Shown in pieces: positions 50,955 through 59,703 of a stretch of 64,000 nt of DNA. Both the position numbers and the translations under genes were made by a program. The notes beneath the pieces are model-generated. The model did not search any database, was not told the origin of the DNA, and saw only the letters and a list, made by a program, of their open reading frames with translations. The first letter of the stretch is position 1; each line of letters begins with the position of its first letter. The stretch covers positions 75,699 to 139,698 of the forward strand of contig JACQSC010000004.1 in the NCBI GenBank assembly GCA_016206155.1, read 5' to 3'. The DNA comes from Candidatus Uhrbacteria bacterium. GTDB taxonomy: Bacteria; Patescibacteriota; Patescibacteriia; JACQRZ01.

Positions 50955-51030
50955 TGGCGGGGGGTAGAGGAATCGAACCTCTCTCTTCGATTTTGGAGAT
51001 CGAAATTCTGAACCGATGAACTAACCCCCC
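50955..51030 (-). tRNA. tRNA-Trp, anticodon CCA, CCA 3' end encoded
   Basis: Acceptor GGGGGGT/ACCCCCC, anticodon loop CUCCAAA, T arm AGAGGTTCGATTCCTCT, discriminator G, 3' CCA. Confidence 0.85.
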
Positions 51031-51041
51031 ATAATAAACAA

Positions 51042-51055
51042 TAGGGTATAGGGTT
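51042..51055. repeat. TAGGGTATAGGGTT tract 11 nt upstream of the tRNA-Trp 5' end
   Basis: ATAGGGTATAGGGTTGAG between the folD stop and tRNA-Trp. Confidence 0.45.
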
Positions 51056-51059
51056 GAGA

Positions 51060-51890
51060 TTATTTCGTCAAATTTTTTGCCGCCCTCAATACATTCTCCA
51101 TCAATACGGCGACCGTAAGCGGCCCAACGCCGCCGGGGACTGGTGTGATAGCCCGTGCCTTCCTTGACACCGACGCAAAGTCAACGTCTCCAACAACTTT
51201 TTTCCCATTCTTAGTAATCCCAACGTCAACGACTACCGCACCTTTTTTAACCATTGTGCCGGCTAAATATCCCGCTCGTCCCACTGCCGTGATTACAACA
51301 TCTGCCTCACGCGAAAGCTGCATGAGCCGTGCCGCGCGGCTATGCACGAGCGTCACAACCGCACCCTGATTAAGGCAGTGCGCGCTAATCTGCCGAGCAA
51401 AAAACCCGTCGCCAATGACGACGACATCTGATGTCTCAAGCGACTGACCTGTTGAGCGAATAAGCCTCAAGACCGCTTCTGGTGTCGGAGGGGGAAATGG
51501 CAGCGGCTTATTCAAAAAAAGTTTTGCAAGGTTGTCGGGATGAAAACAATCAATATCCTTTTCCGGTGCGATGTGATGAGCGACCTCATCAAGAGCAATA
51601 TGCGGCGGAAGAGGCACCTGAAGAATAATGCCGTGAATGTTCTTGTCCTTGGAAAGCGCATCGAGCGCGGCAATAACTTTTTTTTGTGATGCGTTTTTTG
51701 GAAGCTGCACTTTTTTAAAATAAAAACCAAGCTCATTCGCCATCTGCCCTTTTCGTCCAACATACAGCACCGAAGCGGGATCCTCACCGACCAGGACCGC
51801 GGCAAAACCCGGCCGTGCTTTTATTTTTTTTGCTCGCCGTTTAATATCATATTTTAATGTGTCGGCAATTTTTTTTCCGTCGATGACCAT
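51060..51890 (-). CDS. folD: bifunctional methylenetetrahydrofolate dehydrogenase/cyclohydrolase
   Basis: 276 aa with the FolD pattern (GIILQVPLP, VGVGPLTVAVLMENV). Confidence 0.88.
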   Translation of the reverse strand: MVIDGKKIADTLKYDIKRRAKKIKARPGFAAVLVGEDPASVLYVGRKGQMANELGFYFKKVQLPKNASQKKVIAALDALSKDKNIHGIILQVPLPPHIALDEVAHHIAPEKDIDCFHPDNLAKLFLNKPLPFPPPTPEAVLRLIRSTGQSLETSDVVVIGDGFFARQISAHCLNQGAVVTLVHSRAARLMQLSREADVVITAVGRAGYLAGTMVKKGAVVVDVGITKNGKKVVGDVDFASVSRKARAITPVPGGVGPLTVAVLMENVLRAAKNLTK

Positions 51891-51966
51891 TTTAAGTAAA
51901 TGAAGGTTGAATACTTGGTCCGTGTAAGTAGCATGGAGGAATTTGACATGATAGTCAACACCTTAG

Positions 51967-53034
51967 TCAAAAACGTCCGCCGCTTTGCATTTCTTTAATA
52001 TGCCGCTTAAGACTGCACGCATTGCAATGATTGAGCGTGCTAAGATAGGATTGAATCGCGCTGCGCACATACGGCTCCTTCACAACTCCGGCTTTTTGTC
52101 CTTCGACCATGTGGGCGATCTTTTTCAGCACTCTCTTCTTCGTTCGTACACGAAGCACAACGTGGCATGGAAAAAGAACATAGCCAAGAAAGTCGATTCC
52201 ATGAGAAAACTTTCTCACATGTACCTTGCTTGGGTGTAACTCGAGACGAAGACGATCATCTATAAACGTGTTGATGGATGATATGAATCCAACAAGCTGC
52301 TTTTTATCATGACTTACTACCACAAAATCATCGCAATAACGAACATAGTTTGGTGCCTTAAGACTATGCTTCATGAACACGTCAAGCTCATTGAGATAGA
52401 TGTTGGCAAACAATTGGCTTGTCACATTACCGAGTGGTATGCCTTTTCCTCTTTGTCCTGCAAAACTACCGATGATTGCTTGGAGCAAGGAAAGAGTTCG
52501 CTCGTCTTTAATATGCCGCTTCAAGAGCTTCAAAAGTATTGAATGATCAACCGAATCAAAAAACCTTCGTATATCACATTTCAAAACATAGGGTATCCGC
52601 GTATTATTTTTTCCTTCCTTTCTTAAAAATACTTGCAGTCGCCGTATCGCTCGATGCGCGCCCTTACCCACGCGGCAAGAATAGGAATCAAAGATAAACG
52701 ATCGGTCAAACATTGGATACAGCGTCCGAAAAACAGCGTGATGCACAACCCTATCGCGAACAGACGCTTTATGGATATGGCGCACCTTTGGATCAACAAC
52801 GAAAAATGACGTATACTGTCCATGACGATAAGCACCTCGAACAAGCTCTTGATGGAGCGAGAAAATAGTATCCTCCAGATGGAGATCGCGGACATGTATT
52901 TCGCCTCTACTCCATTTCCCTCGCACAAATTCACGCCACGCGATAAAAAGATTTTCAAGACTTACTATCTCATCAAATAACCTATGAGTATTACCCCCCC
53001 CCCCAACGATTTCGGAACTGTTCCGGTTATTCAT
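51967..53034 (-). CDS. diversity-generating retroelement reverse transcriptase
   Basis: RT motifs YVLKCDIRRFFDSVDH, IPLGNVTSQLFANIYLNELD (the DGR-type SQ motif, in place of the group II QG...SP) and YVRYCDDFVVV (YxDD). Size 355 aa is typical of DGR RTs. Confidence 0.85.
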   Translation of the reverse strand: MNNRNSSEIVGGGGNTHRLFDEIVSLENLFIAWREFVRGKWSRGEIHVRDLHLEDTIFSLHQELVRGAYRHGQYTSFFVVDPKVRHIHKASVRDRVVHHAVFRTLYPMFDRSFIFDSYSCRVGKGAHRAIRRLQVFLRKEGKNNTRIPYVLKCDIRRFFDSVDHSILLKLLKRHIKDERTLSLLQAIIGSFAGQRGKGIPLGNVTSQLFANIYLNELDVFMKHSLKAPNYVRYCDDFVVVSHDKKQLVGFISSINTFIDDRLRLELHPSKVHVRKFSHGIDFLGYVLFPCHVVLRVRTKKRVLKKIAHMVEGQKAGVVKEPYVRSAIQSYLSTLNHCNACSLKRHIKEMQSGGRF

Positions 53035-53349
53035 AAAGCATCGGAATGGTATAAAGCCATTTATACATTCTCCTCAAAAATATCGAAAAAAGATCGCTTT
53101 GGTATTTATCTGAAAATTGAACACGGGGCGCTCGAACTGATCGACCTTCTTCTTGTCGCCGCGTTAGAAGACAAAGATAAAAAATATCTTCCCCTCCGTA
53201 ACGCGCGCCTCAAAACAGAATCATTAAAGCGGCTTATAAGAATCTGTTATGAAATAGGAGTCGTAGACCTCAAACACTATATCAACTTTGAATACCCACT
53301 TCAAGAAATATCGAAAATGATCAATGGTTGGATAAAATATCTCCGATAG
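52984..53349 (+). CDS. DGR accessory variability determinant (Avd; four-helix-bundle family)
   Basis: 121 aa with the KDRFG...L..A......KM.NGWIK pattern of Avd/TIGR02436. Encoded divergently, with 51 nt of its start region overlapping the RT start region. Confidence 0.7.
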   Translation: MSITPPPNDFGTVPVIHKASEWYKAIYTFSSKISKKDRFGIYLKIEHGALELIDLLLVAALEDKDKKYLPLRNARLKTESLKRLIRICYEIGVVDLKHYINFEYPLQEISKMINGWIKYLR

Positions 53350-53380
53350 CAAAAGAGCTCCGCGCGGAGCTCTTTCATAT

Positions 53381-53512
53381 CAAGGAGATTGCCTGGCGAG
53401 CGCGCAGATTCTCGTTCGCATTACCGGGGTTGTTCCAGTTGACGTTGAGCTTGCCGTCACTGTTCGTGTTCACGTTCGGAACATTACCGTCGCTATTGCG
53501 CGACCCAGCACA
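53381..53512 (-). repeat. DGR template repeat (TR)
   Basis: 132 nt matching the VR except at 21 positions. On the minus strand every differing TR base is an adenine. In the VR frame it is rich in AAC/AAT codons. Confidence 0.85.
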
Positions 53513-53741
53513 TGATGCATGATTCCATCCGCTATCACCGGCTGTTCTTTTTCAAAAACACCTGTGTTCTCCAAACATCTGTCTGGATTTTTTTACAAAG
53601 CATCGCGAGTTTTGTGCTCGCAAACCTTCCGTAAAATCATGCACGCAGTTTCCTTGATAACCGTAGGGCAAATCGCTATCCTGGATTGGACCGATTGTAT
53701 AAGCCATAGTGTAATGGTATACAAGCAAGAATAAAAAGCAA

Positions 53742-53769
53742 GAGACCCGAGCGTAAAACGTCGGGTCTC
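53742..53769 (-). other. GC-rich hairpin 3' of the VR (DGR hairpin/cruciform candidate), followed by a second hairpin at about 53777-53808
   Basis: GAGACCCGACGTTTTACGCTCGGGTCTC, about 55 nt beyond the target stop. Confidence 0.5.
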
Positions 53770-53821
53770 GATAGAAGTTCTTGCGCTCGCCTCCACGAAC
53801 GCAAGAAAAAAGGGGAAAGGG

Positions 53822-54592
53822 TTACAAGGAAACTGCCTGGCGAGCGCGCAGATGCACGAGCGCATCACCGGGGCGGATCCAGTGGACGCGGAGCTTGCCG
53901 TCACTGCGCGTGTCCACGCTCGGAACATTACCGTCGCTAAGGCGCGACCCAGCACACAACGTAACGTTCACCACGTCGAGGCGCTTCCCGGTTTCCCGAA
54001 AAAACGCCAAGTTGTGGATCAGGCACTCGAGTAGAGTTTCGGTCGTGATGCCGCGTTCGGCAATTTGATCCGCCGACGTGTTCTTGAGCTCCTCGTCGGC
54101 TTCAGCCCCATCACGCACCCAGATCGCGTAGGACCCATTTGAGGTGTCCCGTTCGTTCTGAATGATGACCTCGTCAAGAGATGTCTCCGTGTACTTCCAC
54201 GACCCGAACGCGGTCTTGCACTGCTGGTACGCCCCTTCAATCGTGACACCACTGGCGATCACGAGGAGCCGCCATTTGCCCTGATCGGGCTGTGGCGGGA
54301 TATTCTTCTCAGCCAGATTCACTGCGAGTCCGAATTCCTTTTCGTAAAACTCGCCCCACGGATCAAGAAGAGTTGGACTCCTCAGAAACCGCGCCATCAT
54401 GGCACGGGTGATCCTTCCGGCATCGCTCTGAGCGATTAGCTCAGCGATTTGTCCGGTCGTGATCTTCGCCATTTTTTCATCTCCTTCACCAATCCGGTAA
54501 TAAGGAAAGACATCGCGCGCTAACGCAACATCCGCTTCCGTAAACCGAAAAGGCAAACACGGCCAGAATCCCTGCTCCAGCCTTGTAACCAA
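53822..54592 (-). CDS. DGR target protein; variable C-terminal approx. 40 aa encoded by the VR
   Basis: 256 aa. The C-terminus ...CAGSRLSDGNVPSVDTRSDGKLRVHWIRPGDALVHLRARQAVSL is encoded by the VR up to the stop codon. The N-terminus may begin at an internal Met. Confidence 0.7.
   Translation of the reverse strand: MVTRLEQGFWPCLPFRFTEADVALARDVFPYYRIGEGDEKMAKITTGQIAELIAQSDAGRITRAMMARFLRSPTLLDPWGEFYEKEFGLAVNLAEKNIPPQPDQGKWRLLVIASGVTIEGAYQQCKTAFGSWKYTETSLDEVIIQNERDTSNGSYAIWVRDGAEADEELKNTSADQIAERGITTETLLECLIHNLAFFRETGKRLDVVNVTLCAGSRLSDGNVPSVDTRSDGKLRVHWIRPGDALVHLRARQAVSL
53825..53956 (-). repeat. DGR variable repeat (VR), ends at the target stop codon
   Basis: See TR. Substitutions occur only at TR adenine positions, except in the last 10 nt (IMH-like region). 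Confidence 0.85.
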
Positions 54593-54615
54593 TACGAAAA
54601 GAAAAATATCAAATA

Positions 54616-57399
54616 CTATTCAAAAGTCAAGGCATGCATATCGCCCCAGTTCGCGCCTACTTTCACATCCGCCACGAGTGGCGCAGCCAACGCAACAACA
54701 CTCTCCATCTCCTTCTTGATGAGGGACGCGAGCTCTTGTTCCATACCTTTTGGAATCTCAAACACCAACTCATCATGAACCTGTAAAATCATTCCTCCTT
54801 TTGTCATCCCGGCGGGAGGCCAGCTTGCCCGGCTCTGCCGGGGGATCCAGTTCGTAAAATGTTTCTCTATTTCAATCATCGCGAGCTTGATGATATCTGC
54901 GCCTGTCCCCTGAATAGGCATATTGATGGCGGCGCGCTCTGCGGCGGCACGAACCTGAAACATCCCAGAGGAAAGCTCTGGAATATACCTGCGCCGCCCA
55001 AACATCGTTTCGACATATCCGGCTTTTCTCGCCTCGACAAGCGTCCTATCCATATACTCCGCAATCCCGGGATACACGCTAAAGTACCGATCAATAAAAT
55101 CACGCGCCTCATCCTGCGAAATCCCCGTACTTCGAGCAAGGCCATGCGGCCCCATACCATAGATAATGCCAAAATTAACCTCCTTCGCCGCTCTTCGCAT
55201 CTGAGGGGTTACATCCTTGATATCAACGCCCTGCACCGCTGAGGCAGTCATGGCATGAATGTCTTTCCCTTCGCGAAACGCGGAAAGCATTGCTTCGTCT
55301 TTTGCAAATGATGCCACAATACGCAGTTCAAGCTGGGAATAGTCAGCGGCAAGCAATATATATCCTTCTTGTGCAACAATGCTTTTTCGAATTTCGCGAC
55401 CCATTTCCGTACGAATCGGAATGTTTTGAAAGTTCGGATCAGATGAAGATAACCTACCCGTCGCTGCAATCGTCTGATTAAATGACGTATGCACACGTCC
55501 CGTCGTCACATCAATCAACTTTGGTAGTGCGTCGACATACGTATTTGCGAGCTTGGCGCGCTCGCGGTATTCAAGAATTTCATCGATAATCGGGTGAAGC
55601 CCACGCATCTTCTCAAGCTCCGACGCCGCGGTTGATATGCCTGTCTTGCCCTTCTTTAATTTCGGTGCATTGATCGCAAGTGTTTCAAACAATACTTTCT
55701 TGAGTTGAATGGGGGAGTTGATGTTAAACTCCTCGCCGGCGAGCGCATGAATATTTTTTACCAATCCCGAGAGTTCTTTGTGGAGCTTGGCAGACAGCGT
55801 GTTCAAAAAATCAACATCGATCTTCACACCCCGCCGCTCCATGCGCGCCAAAATGGGAATAAGGGGAATTTCAAACTTCTCACACACAGAAAGAAGGTTC
55901 TCTGTTTTGAGTTTTTCCATCACACGACTGCGCAATCGCCATGTATAGTCAGCATCCTCGCACGCATATTCGGACAACTGCTCAAGTGGAACGTCGGCCA
56001 TGGAAATCTGCTGCTTCCCTTTTCCGATCAATAATTCAATCGAAATCTTTTGATGGCCAAACTCTTGAAAGCTCATGGCGTCCAAGCTGTATGCCCTCCC
56101 GCCGGGATTTTCGACATAGGCGCCCACCATGGTGTCCATCTCAATGCCGGATAGTTCAATGCCGACATTGTGTAACACGTGCAGGTCGTATTTAATGTTA
56201 TGCCCTGTTTTCTTAACGCCGAAATCATCAAGAATCGCTTTCAGTGCGCCTCTGTGAGTCTTGGAGGCGAGCTTCCAGGGAAGGAAAAAAGCAGTACCAT
56301 CCTCAAATGAGAAACTAACACCAACCAACTCCGCGCGCAGAGCGTTAAGGCTTGTTGTCTCTGTGTCAACGGCAAAGTGCCGCACGCCGGAAAGTGTCTT
56401 CAGGAATGCATCGATCTTCTCGGTGGTGTCCAGCAGCTGATAATGAGAAAATGGGGTCTGGCTCAATTTCCGCAAGGAATTTGTGCCTGACCCCATTTTC
56501 TCGAAGCCTTGCGCGAAGGCTGACTGGAGGCGGGGAATGAGTGTTCGAAATTCTAGCTCCTGAAAAAGCGGTATGAGCACGTCGCCGTGAGGCGCTTTCA
56601 GCGCCGAGGCCTCAATGTCAAAATCAATCGGTACATCATATCGAAGCTGAACCAATGCATAGCTCATTGCAAAATCCTCGGCATGAACTTTAAGAAGCGA
56701 ATGCACCTTTGCTTTGATTGTCGGATCCCCTTGCTGCACAGCATCTTCAAGAGCCTCGCGGGAAGGAAATTGCTTCACAAGCTCTATTGCGGTCTTCTCG
56801 CCAATGCCCTTCACGCCCGGAATATTGTCAGAAGGGTCTCCACGCAGCGCTTTATAGAGAGTAAGATCGCGGGGCATAAGCCCGTCGTACCGTTCGCGTA
56901 CCGCCGCTTCGTCAAATATCGTTGTTTCAACGATGCTCTTTTTTAACGTATACACTTTTGTGTGATCGTCAACGAGCTGGAGGGTGTCCATATCACCGGT
57001 AACGATAACCGTCTCTGTGTCCGGATGGTCATGCGCCATTCGCCGCGCGAGTGTCGCAATGATATCATCGGCCTCAAACCCATCTTTTTCAAATATGGGG
57101 ATACCGAATCCGTGAAGAATTTGCTTGATGCGATCAATTTGATCGTAAAGCTCTTGGGGCTGTTTTACGCGCGTTGCTTTGTATGCTTTGTATTGTTCGT
57201 GTCGAAACGTCGGACCCTTTTTGTCAAATGCAACAACGCAATATGCCGGTTCGAGCTCCTTGAGCGCCTTCATCAGAATCTGAGTAAAGCCGTATACGGC
57301 GTTAACAACCTCTCCCTTTTGTGTTGTCAGCGGCGGTAATGCGTGCCATGCGCGATGCAACAACGCATTGCCGTCGATGATCATGAATCGTTTGTTCAT
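54616..57399 (-). CDS. polA: DNA polymerase I
   Basis: 5' nuclease (FMIIDGNALLHRAWHA), 3'-5' exo and a family A polymerase with motif A. The start was set at Met23 of the track ORF because upstream codons overlap tRNA-Cys. Contains two in-frame palindromic-element insertions. Confidence 0.9.
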   Translation of the reverse strand: MNKRFMIIDGNALLHRAWHALPPLTTQKGEVVNAVYGFTQILMKALKELEPAYCVVAFDKKGPTFRHEQYKAYKATRVKQPQELYDQIDRIKQILHGFGIPIFEKDGFEADDIIATLARRMAHDHPDTETVIVTGDMDTLQLVDDHTKVYTLKKSIVETTIFDEAAVRERYDGLMPRDLTLYKALRGDPSDNIPGVKGIGEKTAIELVKQFPSREALEDAVQQGDPTIKAKVHSLLKVHAEDFAMSYALVQLRYDVPIDFDIEASALKAPHGDVLIPLFQELEFRTLIPRLQSAFAQGFEKMGSGTNSLRKLSQTPFSHYQLLDTTEKIDAFLKTLSGVRHFAVDTETTSLNALRAELVGVSFSFEDGTAFFLPWKLASKTHRGALKAILDDFGVKKTGHNIKYDLHVLHNVGIELSGIEMDTMVGAYVENPGGRAYSLDAMSFQEFGHQKISIELLIGKGKQQISMADVPLEQLSEYACEDADYTWRLRSRVMEKLKTENLLSVCEKFEIPLIPILARMERRGVKIDVDFLNTLSAKLHKELSGLVKNIHALAGEEFNINSPIQLKKVLFETLAINAPKLKKGKTGISTAASELEKMRGLHPIIDEILEYRERAKLANTYVDALPKLIDVTTGRVHTSFNQTIAATGRLSSSDPNFQNIPIRTEMGREIRKSIVAQEGYILLAADYSQLELRIVASFAKDEAMLSAFREGKDIHAMTASAVQGVDIKDVTPQMRRAAKEVNFGIIYGMGPHGLARSTGISQDEARDFIDRYFSVYPGIAEYMDRTLVEARKAGYVETMFGRRRYIPELSSGMFQVRAAAERAAINMPIQGTGADIIKLAMIEIEKHFTNWIPRQSRASWPPAGMTKGGMILQVHDELVFEIPKGMEQELASLIKKEMESVVALAAPLVADVKVGANWGDMHALTFE
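54802..54850. repeat. TGTCATCCCGGCG...CCGGGGGATCCAG element inserted in-frame near the polA C-terminus
   Basis: Encodes WIPRQSRASWPPAGMTK between conserved IIK.AM and MILQVHDELVFE segments. The same termini occur in the intergenic composite element at 24743-24886. Confidence 0.65.
56453..56494. repeat. GGGGTCTGGCTCA-N17-TGTGCCTGACCCC palindromic element inserted in-frame in polA
   Basis: Encodes KMGSGTNSLRKLSQTP in the linker between the 5' nuclease and 3'-5' exo regions. It is the same family as the cca insert and the 57525 array. Confidence 0.7.
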
Positions 57400-57403
57400 A
57401 AAT

Positions 57404-57479
57404 TGGAGGCCACGACCGGAATCGAACCGGTGCGATAGCTGTTTTGCAGACAGCCGTGTTACCACTTCACCACGTGGCC
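57404..57479 (-). tRNA. tRNA-Cys, anticodon GCA, discriminator U73, CCA encoded
   Basis: Acceptor GGCCACG/CGTGGCC, anticodon loop CUGCAAA, T arm ACCGGTTCGATTCCGGT, 3' UCCA. Confidence 0.8.
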
Positions 57480-57524
57480 AGAATATTTCAAAAGTATATC
57501 ACCGCATGCAAAAAAAGAGAAACG

Positions 57525-57656
57525 TGGTCTGGCTCGCGTATGGGGTCTGGCTCAGTTTTTGTTACTGCGTATGGGGTCTGGCTCAGTTTTTGCTACTGCA
57601 AAATCTGTGCCTGACCCCGTTCCACCGTTCCCCGTTCCACATGCGTGCCTGACCCC
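57525..57656. repeat. intergenic array of GGTCTGGCTC / GCCTGACCCC element halves plus a CCGTTCC triplet
   Basis: Three left arms (two followed by AGTTTTTG(T/C)TACTGC), two right arms TGCCTGACCCC, and CCGTTCCACCGTTCCCCGTTCCAC. Confidence 0.65.
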
Positions 57657-57669
57657 TATTTTCTTTGTG

Positions 57670-58290
57670 TTAGAAATTAACGGCAACCTGAGTCTCTGAA
57701 GGCTGCGTTATTGTTTTCTGCTGGTTGTGGAGAACAACAATGTGAGCTCGCTTTACGCCGAATTGCTTTGCGCGCGTGCGAGAGGTCATCCAAACATCAA
57801 CACGATTTGAATACCGTGTGTTCATCCTATCCTGTACAACGAATTCTTTGTCACCAAAAAGCTCCGGAATTGTTACCCGCGTGCCAAAGGGGAGAAAGTT
57901 TGCGGCGATAACGTTTTCGGTGTTGTGCGCACAAACGTTAAAACCGTTAGCGGTAATACAGGGGGTAGCGTCGGTTTGGTCTCGGGTGCTCGAATATGCG
58001 GTAATAACCGTTTTCGTTGTGCGTGGCGAATTGCTTTTTGCAACGGGGCTCTGTTTTTTGTTCAGACCCAAGAGACGCGCCCTTCGCGCCCCTTCACGTA
58101 CCGCAAAGACGTCGTCCCGATAGGGAACGGTGCGATTCTGGTCTATTCTAACGGCAAAAACCATGGGGCCCGCTGCAGTGCTCCCTGCTGCCGAGACGGC
58201 CAAAAGCGAGGCTTGGGGCAGATGAAACTGCACCAAAATGCTTATAATGATAGGAAAAACGTGCTTTTTTGAGATACGCGCAAAACGCAC
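57670..58290 (-). CDS. 3D (Asp-Asp-Asp) domain cell-wall-binding protein
   Basis: N-terminal membrane anchor and a C-terminal 3D-like segment (TANGFNV...GTRVTIPELFGDKEFVVQDRMN...DVWM). Confidence 0.55.
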   Translation of the reverse strand: MRFARISKKHVFPIIISILVQFHLPQASLLAVSAAGSTAAGPMVFAVRIDQNRTVPYRDDVFAVREGARRARLLGLNKKQSPVAKSNSPRTTKTVITAYSSTRDQTDATPCITANGFNVCAHNTENVIAANFLPFGTRVTIPELFGDKEFVVQDRMNTRYSNRVDVWMTSRTRAKQFGVKRAHIVVLHNQQKTITQPSETQVAVNF

Positions 58291-58366
58291 AAAATTCGCC
58301 TCAAAAATAAAACCCTCTTTTGGAGGGTTTCACAAGAATAGCAAGTTTTTAAAAAATGTCAATCGT

Positions 58367-58441
58367 TGGAGCGGGTAGCGGGAATCGAACCCGCATTTTC
58401 AGGATGGAAACCTGACATAATAACCATTATACTATACCCGC
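58367..58441 (-). tRNA. tRNA-Gly, anticodon UCC, CCA encoded
   Basis: Acceptor GCGGGTA/TACCCGC, anticodon loop UUUCCAU, T arm GCGGGTTCGATTCCCGC, 3' UCCA. Confidence 0.85.
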
Positions 58442-58446
58442 GCAAC

Positions 58447-59700
58447 TTAATCCCAAAACACAACCAAAAATCCGATGGAAAGGACCATGGCGGTAAGCGT
58501 CAGCCCATTCAGAACATTGGAGAGCCGTCCGTTCCGCCACTTTCCCATAATTTTCTTATTATTACCAATGATCATGATGCTCGTCAAGATCACCGGTGCC
58601 ACCAGTCCGTTAATAAATGCCGTCCAGAGCAACAGCTGGATGGGGTTAACGCCTATTGCATTGATCATAAGCCCGACGAGTGTGGCGATGGTAATGACAC
58701 CATAAAATCCATGCGCCTCGCGAAGCTTGCGATAGAGTCCGGACTTCCAGCCGAACACCTCTGAAACAGCGTATGACGCGGAGCCGGCAAGAACGGGAAT
58801 ACTTAACAGGCCGGTGCCGATAATGCCAACAGTAAAAAGGAGCGATGCGAATGGGCCGGCAACCGGCGCGAGCGCCATAGCGGCATCCTCGGCGGTCTCC
58901 ACGATAATTCCGCCTGGGAATAACACGACCGCCGCCGTAAGCATCACAAAAAATGCAACGACATTTGAAAATAACATCCCGCTGATGACATCGATGCGCA
59001 TATCGTGAATCTCTTCTTTCGATGCTCCCCTGCGCTGAAGAAGCGTTACCCTGCCAAGTGCAATCTCCTCTTCAACTTCTGACGATGCTTGCCAGAAGAA
59101 AAGATACGGGCTTATTGTTGTTCCAAGAATAGCAACAAGTATAAAAAAGAAATCTCGCGACGGCGAAAACGTCGGCATGATAATGGCACTAACAACCGAC
59201 ATCCAATCAGTCGTGACAATCAGCGCGACAACAACATAAGAAAGAAGACAAAGGGTTAAAAATTTTAAATACCGCGCATAGAGTTTATACGAAACAAAAA
59301 TTTCAAGCACAAGCGTCAGAACCGTGAAAAAAATCGCCAAGAAGAAGAACGGAAGCGGGGCTAACAGTTGAGTTGCGGCCGCCATCGCGCCAATATTCGC
59401 GGCGATATTTACGGTATTTGCAAAAACGAGGAGCAGGACGATACTTGCCAGAACCGATCGAGGCATGTGCTTCTTCATGTTTGCCGCAAGGCCCCGTCCC
59501 GACACTTGCGCGATGCGCGCACACATCTCCTGCACCGCCGACATGAACGGCAACGTGAAGAGCAACGTCCACAACGGCGCGAGTCCAAATCGCGAACCCG
59601 CATACGTATAGGTCCCGATACCCGACGGGTCATCATCCGCCGCGCCAGTAATCCAGCCGGGGCCCAATTTCTTTAGATAGGCAACTACACGCTTGGTCAC
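58447..59700 (-). CDS. mntH: NRAMP-family divalent metal (Mn2+/Fe2+) transporter
   Basis: GPGWITGAADDDPSGIGTYT NRAMP signature, 11-12 TM helices. Confidence 0.85.
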   Translation of the reverse strand: MTKRVVAYLKKLGPGWITGAADDDPSGIGTYTYAGSRFGLAPLWTLLFTLPFMSAVQEMCARIAQVSGRGLAANMKKHMPRSVLASIVLLLVFANTVNIAANIGAMAAATQLLAPLPFFFLAIFFTVLTLVLEIFVSYKLYARYLKFLTLCLLSYVVVALIVTTDWMSVVSAIIMPTFSPSRDFFFILVAILGTTISPYLFFWQASSEVEEEIALGRVTLLQRRGASKEEIHDMRIDVISGMLFSNVVAFFVMLTAAVVLFPGGIIVETAEDAAMALAPVAGPFASLLFTVGIIGTGLLSIPVLAGSASYAVSEVFGWKSGLYRKLREAHGFYGVITIATLVGLMINAIGVNPIQLLLWTAFINGLVAPVILTSIMIIGNNKKIMGKWRNGRLSNVLNGLTLTAMVLSIGFLVVFWD

Positions 59701-59703
59701 ATG

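Noticed and set aside
53328-53955. ORFs 53328..53522 (+), 53593..53955 (-) and 53781..54068 (+)
   Set aside because: Overlap the DGR TR, VR or the inter-repeat hairpin region. Their similarity to each other is explained by the TR/VR repeat.
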